From a virus (taxonomy: Duplodnaviria > Caudoviricetes), in IMG/VR virus record IMGVR_UViG_3300027974_000045, positions 1 through 54,558 of that record: a DNA stretch of 54,558 nucleotides; one strand, 5' to 3'. The notes below the pieces were generated by a model. It had not been told where the DNA came from. It did not search any database and saw only the letters and a list, made by a program, of their open reading frames with translations. A program made the position numbers and the translations under genes. Positions 45,201 to 52,739 of the stretch are shown in pieces; positions within the stretch are counted from its first letter, which is position 1; each line of letters begins with the position of its first letter.

Positions 45201-48200
45201 GCTGCACCGCCCGAGTTCAAGGCCCCTGCGGGCGGCATCACCCAAGAGGATGCTGTGGCGTGGGCGACGGCTCGCGCCAACAGTTTGGGCATCCGCGACA
45301 ACGACCCTATCCGCGCAGCACTGGCGGACGGTGCCCGCACGCAGGTCCAGTACAAGCAGGGCCTGCTCACCCCCGGCGCGTTCAACGCCAAGGTTCCCCC
45401 TGACGGCCCGAGAAAGACCGCGTGGCTGATGGGCGCGCAGTGGGCCATGACCCAGCGGGCCGCCGCGCCTGAGGTCAACGCCACTCCCGAACCCAAGGGC
45501 GACCCCGTCGAGAAGATGGTGGAGCGGAAGGCCGCGAAAGCTGCGGCCACGCTCGAGCCCGCCCCCGAGCCCACACCTGCCCCCGAGCAGCGGGCCAGCA
45601 AAGAGACCATGGCCGCCGTCAAGAAGGCGTGGCAGGCGATCGACAGGAAGGTCGACAAAATCCGCGACGACCTCTCCGAGTACATCGACACCGGGAATTA
45701 CAAGACCAACAAGCAAATTGTGGCCTACGCCGCCAAGCTGAACAAGGCCGGCGTCATCGACGATGGCACACTGGCCGAGATCGAGCGCACCATGTCCGAC
45801 AAGGACATGGGCTGGGGCAACGTCGACACTGATTTCAACTTCGCCATCGACGAGTACGAGAGCCGGCTCAAGGAAGAGGCGAAGGCTGAGCTTGGAGGAG
45901 GCACCGCCCGACAGGAAGCCGTCACCCGCCGCGGACTGGTGGGCGGCCTCATGGGCGCGGCCGCCACGCTGGCGGCCGGTGCCGCGAAGGCTAAGACTGC
46001 GCTGGCCGGCACCTCGTTTGCCGACGCCATCGGCCCGAAAGGCTGGGTGGCGGACGCGTTCGAGCGGGGCCAGTGGCTTTACGACGCTGACCTTTCCAAG
46101 GCAGTCGCGTGGGTGCGCGACAACAGCACCAACCCCGCTCACCGCGACCTCGCCCGGCTGCTGATGTTGGGCGGTTTCGGTAAAGGCGCGACGCTGTCCA
46201 TCGCTCCCCCCGGCGCGGTGTTCGGTCTGGCAGGTCTCACAGAGTTTAAGGGCGACCACATTGCCGTTAAACTGATGATGAAAAACGGCGACCAGACCGC
46301 GTGGAACAACGGTCTATCCGAAGAAACCCTGCTGCACGAAGCCATCCACGCGTGGGTGATGGCTCGGTATGAGGGTGTCGGCACGTACCTCTCCCGCAAT
46401 CTGGAAATCCTGAAGATCGCTCCGGTCGAAGGCGAGCCGTTTGTCGCGGCTTTCCGCGAGCTGTGGCGGACTGTGAGCGGTCGGCTGGAAAAAGAGTTCG
46501 ACTTCGAAAACAAAAGTGCGGATGATCCCATTTTTGACGACCCGCGCATGTTGAATCTCCGCGAGGCATGGGGCTCGCCGGACGAGCTGCTGGTGCGCGT
46601 GTTCGTTGACCCCTACACACGGGAGTGGCTCAAGACCCACGACATGGACGGTCGGGTGGTCAAGCCCGCCGACGCCAAGCCGTCGCTGTGGGACAAGATC
46701 GTCAAGTTCTTCGGCGACATGCTGGGCATCAAGGCCGCGCCGACCCGTGCAGCGTTCGACGAGCTGATGGACGCCGGCACACGCCTGCTGAAGGCCGGCA
46801 CGCTGGACCCGGCAGACCTGAAGGTCGCCAGTGCGATGAACGCCGAGCTGGCTAAGGAGACTACGCGGGCTGAGACCACGGCGGCTGACCCCGAGCCTCG
46901 TGGCGGCCTGTACGGCGACTTTCTTGCGGCGTCGTACCCTGACGTCCTCGATGATCTGGACGGCGAGGGGTACGTCAGGCGTATCGACGCGGAGCCCGCG
47001 ATCGAGTGGATCGCCTCGCACCCCGAGAAAAATCTGGAGCACCTGTCGACGCTGGCGCAGGTCATGCTTGACGCAGGTCTCGGCAAAGGCATCGACGTTT
47101 CAGTCTACTCTGAAGACTGGCTGGACAAGAACCCTGACGCGGAACCCGGCTTGGAGAACGCCCACGGGTATGTGCGGCAGGGGGTGTCCCCAGACAGCCG
47201 CCACGAGGTGGTTCTGGCACAGGCCAGAGGCACGTACATGGGCGACCTCCTCCGCGACGGGTTGTCTCCCGTCGCGTTTATGCACGAGGCTTTCCACGCG
47301 TGGGTCGGGGGGAGGATCGGTACGCTGCGGCGCTATACGTCCGATCAGGTCACTCCGGTTACAGTGCTGCGCAACGCGCCTGCAGAGATCAAGCAACTGC
47401 ACAAGCTGTTCCGCGAGTTTGTCAATATGCCGGCGACAGACCATATAGATAACCTGCTCGATCAAGCCTCTAACCTCCACAGCGGCGTGATCCAGATGTT
47501 TAGTTACGCCAAGACAAACATGGACGAGTTTGCCGCTGTTATACTGACCGAGCCCTATGTGCGGTGGGTGCTCAAAAACACTGCCATGGATGGCCTGCCG
47601 GTCAACGCAGACAGGAAGTCCGCGTGGGACCGCATCATGGACTGGATGGCGAGCCTGTTCCAACTGCCTCCTCGTAAAACCCGGCAGGTCAGGTCAGCGC
47701 TGGACGAACTCTCCGAAGCGTTTGACAAAACGCTCGCCGCTGTAGGTCGGCTGCCGTCGGACAACAGCGTCGCCGAGGGCGATTACGCCTACATCGAGAG
47801 CAGGAAGGCCAGACGCTTTGCTGCAAGCGGCCCCGACCGTATCGCTAAACTTGAGCCCGAGGGCGGAGCCAGACCCCGCCAAAACATCGACCAGCGCCAG
47901 ACCGACCGGCCCGAGACCGACGTGGCGCGGGAGATCGACGACTACCTCAGGGCCAGCGACGCCGCCAAGGCCGACAAGTTCTCGCCCGAGGACTACGCCA
48001 AATTCCGCGCCCGCCTTGATGCGCTCGGGCTGGCGTCGGTGCAGCTGATGGTCCGCAAGCCTGTCATGGGTGAGAAGTTCACCGGCTACTTCGGGCCCAA
48101 CACGAAGGGCCAGCGCCTGATCACCCTGTTGCTCGGCAACGATGGTAAACTCAGGACGCTGAACCACGAGGTCATCCACGCCCTGCGTGACATGGGCGCG

Positions 48201-51200
48201 TTCTCTGACAGCGAGTGGGCGTCCCTCACCCTTATCGCCAAGTCCGCGGGCACACGGCTCGAGGACGCCAAGGCACGCTACGGCGGCAATATTGCCTACC
48301 AGAACAAAGATGGTAGCGTGAACGAGGACGCCATCGTCGAGGAAGTGGTGGCGGATATGTTCGGGGACTGGGCGCAAAAGCGCGCTACCTTCCCGGGCCG
48401 CGCCTCGGCGCTGTTCGATCGCATCGGGCGGTTCTTCCACCTGCTGCACGACACCCTGCGCACGGGGCGCGGCTGGCCCCAACAGTCCCTCACCCAGATT
48501 TTCAACGACATCGACAGCGGCAAGATCGGCGCGCGAGGTAACCCAAGCTCCCAGATGCGTGAGGGCCCCGGCCGCATGAGCCTTGGCCCGACAGCCCAGA
48601 GCGCAGGCAACGTCCTGAAGAACGTCATCGCCGACAGGGGCCAGCGCTACCCGGCCATGGCGGTCATGAGCCCGAAGCTGATCGAGATGGGGGACAAGCT
48701 GGGGCTGACGGCCCTGCGCACCTACCAGCGCCTGCTTGACCTGAGCGCCGCCGTGGTCTCCCGCCACAACACCCAGTTCGAACAGCTGTCCACCGACGCC
48801 GACGCCCTGCCCGTGGCAGCCCGGGCCAGCGCCAACAAGCTGATCGAGACCATGACCCGCAAGGGCTTGTGGGCGTTCAACCCCGGCTATCTGGCCAGCC
48901 CACCGCAGGTGGACGCCGCACTGGCCGCACAGTTCAACGCCATGCCGGTCAAGGCGCAGGAGGCCATCAAGTCCGCCTTCAGCCTGATGCGCCAGACGCT
49001 GCTGGAAAAGAAGGCCGCCGTCATGGAAGCAGTGGGCAGCGAGTACGACGCCCTGATCCGTGGCGCGACTAGCACTGGCGACACCGCCGAGGCTGCCCGG
49101 TTGACCCGGGCCAAGGCCAAGGAGCTGACCCGCTTCCGCTCCCTGCTGTCGATCAACGAGGGCATGCCCTACGCGCCTCTCCGCAGGTTCGGGGACTACG
49201 TGGTCGTCGGCACCTCGCAAGCCTACCTCGACGCTGTCGAGGCCGCGCGCAGCGGCACGGGCACGTGGGACACCGTGACCAGCATGCAGAAGGACGACCG
49301 GCACTACTTCGTCGACTTTGCCGAGAACGCTGCTGCGCAGGCATCCATGCTGGCGCGTGTGACGGCCGCCTACGACGTGCCTTACGCCTTCAAGAAAGAC
49401 GACCGCGTGGACCGCGGTGTTGGCCAACCCATGTTCAGCATTTTCCAGCGCCTGCAGAAAATGATCGAGGACGAGGAACTGGACCCGGTCGCCACGCGCC
49501 GCCTCCAGAAGATGGCCACCGAGATGTACCTCGGCGCACTGGCCGCCACCTCTGCTCGCAAGTCCGAGCTGCATCGCCGGCTGGTGGCCAGCGAGGACCT
49601 CGACATGATGCGGGGTATCATCCAGCAGGGGCGGGCGGACGCCCACTTCATCGGTGCGGTCAAGAACAACAGCCAAGTGCTGGACGCACTGGCCGAGGCC
49701 AAGCAGCAGGCAGAGGTGCGTGGGGCCACGGCTGACGAGCGGGCACAGAACGCCACCATGCGCGGCCCCCGTCAGGCGGTGCTCAACGAGGTGCTGCTGC
49801 GCCACGCAGCCAACCTCGACCAGCCCCCGCCCAACACGCTGGTGGACGCTGCCACGAGCCTGACGTCCATGTGGATGCTCAGCACCAGCCCGAGCTACTT
49901 CCTGCAGCAGGCGCTGCAGCCGATGGTCTTCTCGGTGCCGGCCGCCGCTGCCCGCTACGGCTACGGCCCTGCCATGTCGACCCTGATGAAGGGCTACAAG
50001 CAAATCGTCGGCGCATGGGGTGGCTCCGGTGTCACCGGCCCGCTGGACATCGACCAGCTCGACGAGCAGTACCGCCCCCTCGCCCACTTCCTCGCCGAGC
50101 GTAACCGCCTCGACGTCGGGATCGACAAGGACATGGGCAGCTGGACCTCGGGTGGCGACAACCCGGCCGCTGTCGTGTGGCGCACCATCGACGGCAAGCT
50201 GCGCGGGATCACCCGCAAGGCCGAGATGGTCAACCGCCTGTCCACGGCGGTCATGGTCTACGATCTGGAGCTGGCGGCCACGGCCAAGGCTCCGGTCAAC
50301 TTCGACCCCGGGGCCTACACCGCCTATCGCGACGACTTCGCCACGGCCCACCCCGACCTGACGCCGATGACGCCCGAGCAGTTCGCGGCGGCCAACCAAG
50401 CGCTGAAGCTGATCGACGACACCCACGGCGACTACAGCACGGCGTCGGCTCCCCGTTTCCTGCGCGGCAACTTCGCCCGGCTGATCACCCAGTTCCGCAA
50501 GTTCCAGATCATGACGGTCACCCTCTACGCCCAGTCGATCAAGGACGCGTTCTTCGCGCCCAACATCGACCCGGTGGAGCGGGCCGTCGCACGTCGCACC
50601 ATCGCCTACCTGCTGGGTCACGCTGCCCTGTTCGCCGGCGCTGTCGGCCTGCCGGGAGCCATGATGGCCATGGCGGTGCTGGAGGCGGTGCTCGACACGG
50701 TGGATGACGACGAGCCCCACGACGTCGAGGAGATGTTGCGCAAGGCCATCGGCAACGACGCCATCGCCGACCTCCTGCTCAAGGGTGCGCCGACACTGGC
50801 GGGGCTGGACCTGTCCGGCTCGCTGGGCCAAGGCGCGTCCCTGTCGCTGGCCCCCTACTCCGACCCGCCCCTCGATCGTCAGGGCTACGAGAAGTACGTG
50901 TTCGCCCTGACGGGCCCGGCCATCGGCGGCGTGGGGGCGAACCTGTTCAAGGGCATCGGCCTCATGCGTGAGGGCGAATACTACAAGGGCCTCGAGGCCA
51001 TGATGCCCAAGGGTATCGCCAACGGCATGCGGTCCTACCGCGAGGGCACCGAGGGGATCACCAACGTGCGCGGCGACGTGCTCGATCAGGTGGACGCCTA
51101 CACCACGGCGGCCGGGGTCCTCGGCCTGCGCACCTCGCGCCGGGCTGACCAGCAGGAAGCCGTCGGCCGCAAGATCGAACTCGACACGTTCTTCAAGCGC

Positions 51201-51476
51201 AAGGGTGTGCGGGTCAAGCGGGCCTACGTGGAGGCGGTGCGCAAGAACGACACCGTCGCCCAGACCCGGCTGCGGGCCCAGTGGATGGCGCTGCAGGAGG
51301 CACGGGCCGAGAAGGGCTACGCCAAGCAGCCGCTGTCCATGCTGCTGCGCGCTCCGGCGGCCCAGACCAAGAAGGAAGCCCGCACGGTGGAGGGCATCCA
51401 GTTCTCGCCGGGCAACGCCGACGCGGCCGAGGAACTGGCCGACATCTACGGCCTCAGCTCAGAGGACGACACCTAA
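42258..51476 (+). CDS. Giant internal virion / polyvalent protein (3072 aa)
   Basis: Gly-rich hydrophobic N-terminus, low-complexity linkers, three HExxH modules, C-terminal helical/hydrophobic region. Confidence 0.85.
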   Translation: MPGELVPLPGGGFGVTRGDETPDDVLRAYGYTPAPPVGGKRKPFAAGFDAAATGLTAGLPYAVRQVTGGTTAREEYDYKQKLRESAARQQELLPGGPAWFDNAPLGQVIYENLAYPAPQMVAQVAGGLVGGAVGSLAGPGPGTAIGAGLGAGAVGSPFYVGSNVARATEDGQKNLTAQAAGRSIGIAGVQSLLDVPVAAFAPGVGKLIPGAGGFAGNVLTRAAKGAALAAPLEAGTEVLQQAGERYAAGLDLVSPDAGNEYFRAGTLGGLLGGITGGVGGPFNVKRTPAAVPTPTANAMQAGAPVDILQIGGPTYDARGLEDYGIAQQRANYMAAAPVGAQSDLFQFPLVEPEPVVQQEDMAAAPPRDNRTEDLFEYAPTAEVRSQFSPNSVVAAVREAVAPRDEAGNRIKNKKGELVEGKLDNWSLQLVNKVNNLIFTGNDEELAAYVDAAQETLQTAKLSGKTIAYREAALGAAAGIAKAHGDLMGTARGIEGLRTPPVAKEAPAIAEPPAPIPTPDALQPEAQFAQAAQTVADTERRDAQLSEDAKRQDLLDYVLNAPDTVDPVRRFVALLKRNGLEPTLRGYETKKIDSAVTFAAMPEPEPEFADFDPGPQEDGVGSLEAMIPERGTVRSQPQPRPAPLPKPEAPPLVMRTYSDEDIANIEAAAVRRAAKAAKLATAAADAMPTGPKQTEMFTPKGKVTATVEKAMKRAADAAEERRAAAKARRDATNAKTKATREANRAAQQAAREAEQRAAEEAAAKAAAQPKPKPKPAPAKTDAPTQPRAKLTLPPKAAAAADTSKAKEKPEATATAEPAEKVAEFKTAKGSTYKVNADGTTTRDKAARPEHPGKAERGPQPTSEDTFYATKEQADALAIMQAKGGPRTRVIRDRNSYAVEYVEGPDAGKLVKGSVITPSRTPAVGLLPVELWDGGKRIHFGNEIVSTSAAEPKAPPAAEAAKKTSQARSAPAAETQTTTAEKPAAPPEFKAPAGGITQEDAVAWATARANSLGIRDNDPIRAALADGARTQVQYKQGLLTPGAFNAKVPPDGPRKTAWLMGAQWAMTQRAAAPEVNATPEPKGDPVEKMVERKAAKAAATLEPAPEPTPAPEQRASKETMAAVKKAWQAIDRKVDKIRDDLSEYIDTGNYKTNKQIVAYAAKLNKAGVIDDGTLAEIERTMSDKDMGWGNVDTDFNFAIDEYESRLKEEAKAELGGGTARQEAVTRRGLVGGLMGAAATLAAGAAKAKTALAGTSFADAIGPKGWVADAFERGQWLYDADLSKAVAWVRDNSTNPAHRDLARLLMLGGFGKGATLSIAPPGAVFGLAGLTEFKGDHIAVKLMMKNGDQTAWNNGLSEETLLHEAIHAWVMARYEGVGTYLSRNLEILKIAPVEGEPFVAAFRELWRTVSGRLEKEFDFENKSADDPIFDDPRMLNLREAWGSPDELLVRVFVDPYTREWLKTHDMDGRVVKPADAKPSLWDKIVKFFGDMLGIKAAPTRAAFDELMDAGTRLLKAGTLDPADLKVASAMNAELAKETTRAETTAADPEPRGGLYGDFLAASYPDVLDDLDGEGYVRRIDAEPAIEWIASHPEKNLEHLSTLAQVMLDAGLGKGIDVSVYSEDWLDKNPDAEPGLENAHGYVRQGVSPDSRHEVVLAQARGTYMGDLLRDGLSPVAFMHEAFHAWVGGRIGTLRRYTSDQVTPVTVLRNAPAEIKQLHKLFREFVNMPATDHIDNLLDQASNLHSGVIQMFSYAKTNMDEFAAVILTEPYVRWVLKNTAMDGLPVNADRKSAWDRIMDWMASLFQLPPRKTRQVRSALDELSEAFDKTLAAVGRLPSDNSVAEGDYAYIESRKARRFAASGPDRIAKLEPEGGARPRQNIDQRQTDRPETDVAREIDDYLRASDAAKADKFSPEDYAKFRARLDALGLASVQLMVRKPVMGEKFTGYFGPNTKGQRLITLLLGNDGKLRTLNHEVIHALRDMGAFSDSEWASLTLIAKSAGTRLEDAKARYGGNIAYQNKDGSVNEDAIVEEVVADMFGDWAQKRATFPGRASALFDRIGRFFHLLHDTLRTGRGWPQQSLTQIFNDIDSGKIGARGNPSSQMREGPGRMSLGPTAQSAGNVLKNVIADRGQRYPAMAVMSPKLIEMGDKLGLTALRTYQRLLDLSAAVVSRHNTQFEQLSTDADALPVAARASANKLIETMTRKGLWAFNPGYLASPPQVDAALAAQFNAMPVKAQEAIKSAFSLMRQTLLEKKAAVMEAVGSEYDALIRGATSTGDTAEAARLTRAKAKELTRFRSLLSINEGMPYAPLRRFGDYVVVGTSQAYLDAVEAARSGTGTWDTVTSMQKDDRHYFVDFAENAAAQASMLARVTAAYDVPYAFKKDDRVDRGVGQPMFSIFQRLQKMIEDEELDPVATRRLQKMATEMYLGALAATSARKSELHRRLVASEDLDMMRGIIQQGRADAHFIGAVKNNSQVLDALAEAKQQAEVRGATADERAQNATMRGPRQAVLNEVLLRHAANLDQPPPNTLVDAATSLTSMWMLSTSPSYFLQQALQPMVFSVPAAAARYGYGPAMSTLMKGYKQIVGAWGGSGVTGPLDIDQLDEQYRPLAHFLAERNRLDVGIDKDMGSWTSGGDNPAAVVWRTIDGKLRGITRKAEMVNRLSTAVMVYDLELAATAKAPVNFDPGAYTAYRDDFATAHPDLTPMTPEQFAAANQALKLIDDTHGDYSTASAPRFLRGNFARLITQFRKFQIMTVTLYAQSIKDAFFAPNIDPVERAVARRTIAYLLGHAALFAGAVGLPGAMMAMAVLEAVLDTVDDDEPHDVEEMLRKAIGNDAIADLLLKGAPTLAGLDLSGSLGQGASLSLAPYSDPPLDRQGYEKYVFALTGPAIGGVGANLFKGIGLMREGEYYKGLEAMMPKGIANGMRSYREGTEGITNVRGDVLDQVDAYTTAAGVLGLRTSRRADQQEAVGRKIELDTFFKRKGVRVKRAYVEAVRKNDTVAQTRLRAQWMALQEARAEKGYAKQPLSMLLRAPAAQTKKEARTVEGIQFSPGNADAAEELADIYGLSSEDDT

Positions 51477-51499
51477 CAACGAAAGCGGAGAGCAGTGCC

Positions 51500-52624
51500 A
51501 TGAGCCGGATGGGTGGTCCCCCGATTAAACGTGAGTTGGCTGAGCAGACCATAGCGGTTTGCGAGGAAGTGCTGGCGGAGGGTACGAAGGACTACCAGTC
51601 CGAGGTGGCGCGGCGGATGGGCCTGTCCATCCCGGCTGTCCGCAACCGGCTCCGGTCTGCCGAAGCCAACTACGGCATGAAGGTGGACCCGGACGCGTAC
51701 CAGCCCAGACGCGCCGCCTCTGCCTTTACGGTGGACCCCCTGCCGGATGACGGCGAGCCGGACGCCGAGACACTGATCGCAGAGCTGACCGCCCGTCACG
51801 CAAAGCGGGCGGTCCACGACACCGCGACAAAGATGCACACCATCAAGATCAACGTCGACGGCCCCATCGCCGTTGCCTTTCTCGGCGACCCCCACATCGA
51901 CGACCCCGGCTGCGCGTGGGGTGACCTGTCCCGGGACGTGGCGATCTGCCGGGACACGCAGGGCTTTATGGCTGTAAACATTGGGGATACAACCAACAAT
52001 TGGGTCGGCCGCCTGATGGGTCTGTACGCCAACCAAGAGGTCACGTCCAAGCAGGCGCTCAAGCTGATCGAGTGGCTGCTGTCAGAGCTGCCGTGGCTGA
52101 TGACCGTGGGTGGTAACCATGACACGTGGAACACGCAAAAGGGCGATGTCTCCGAGGTGATCCACCGACTGCAAAAGATGCCGGGGCTGTACGAGAACGT
52201 CGGGGCCCGCATGAGGGTGGTGCTGCCCGGCGACGTCGAGTTCACGATGAACTGCAGGCACGATTTCCCGGGCGGCTCGCAGTTCAATCCGGCGCATGCG
52301 CTGGTGCGTGAGACCCTGTTCGGGTTCCGCGACCACATCCTCGCCTGCGGCCACAGGCACCACTCGGGCTACATCCCTGTGTGGCACAACGACCCGCGCC
52401 GCCTGTGCCATGGTTTCAGGGTCGGGACCTACAAAGATTTCGACCACTACGCCCGCGAGAAGGGTTTCAAGGAGGCGAACTGGGCCCGGTCCATGGCCGC
52501 TGTCATAGACCCGGCATATGCCGACGACCCGGTACGGTTCATTAAGCCCTTCTTTAACCTCGAAGAGGCGTCCGAGTACCTGACGTGGAAGCGTGGCCGG
52601 TTCGACGTGAGCCGCAGCACCTGA
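51500..52624 (+). CDS. Calcineurin-like metallophosphoesterase with N-terminal HTH
   Basis: QSEVARRMGLSIPAVRNRL; GDPH, GD, GNHD, H, GHRH; start MSRMGG with GGAG RBS. Confidence 0.85.
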   Translation: MSRMGGPPIKRELAEQTIAVCEEVLAEGTKDYQSEVARRMGLSIPAVRNRLRSAEANYGMKVDPDAYQPRRAASAFTVDPLPDDGEPDAETLIAELTARHAKRAVHDTATKMHTIKINVDGPIAVAFLGDPHIDDPGCAWGDLSRDVAICRDTQGFMAVNIGDTTNNWVGRLMGLYANQEVTSKQALKLIEWLLSELPWLMTVGGNHDTWNTQKGDVSEVIHRLQKMPGLYENVGARMRVVLPGDVEFTMNCRHDFPGGSQFNPAHALVRETLFGFRDHILACGHRHHSGYIPVWHNDPRRLCHGFRVGTYKDFDHYAREKGFKEANWARSMAAVIDPAYADDPVRFIKPFFNLEEASEYLTWKRGRFDVSRST

Positions 52625-52625
52625 A

Positions 52626-52700
52626 CGAAAAACCCCGCCCTGCATGTCCATCTGCAAGGCGGGGTCAGTCGCGGGACGTTGGAGTGGGAGAGCGCCAACG
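52626..52700 (-). ncRNA. Candidate small RNA with anti-Shine-Dalgarno loop
   Basis: Promoter TTGCGC-N17-TATCGT (52734-52706), 5' hairpin CGUUGG-CGCUCUCCCACU-CCAACG, then the terminator. Confidence 0.5.
52628..52665 (-). terminator. Rho-independent terminator at the convergence of the two arms
   Basis: accccgccttgca...tgcagggcggggttttt on the minus strand. Confidence 0.8.
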
Positions 52701-52739
52701 CCCGAACGATATGCGCGCTTTATGTAAAGCGCAAGACGG

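Noticed and set aside
47694-50831. Long antisense ORFs (also 42432..44831, 30791..32854, 20467..21855, 11870..13339, 2279..3703)
   Set aside because: Shadow frames of high-GC genes with no recognisable motifs.
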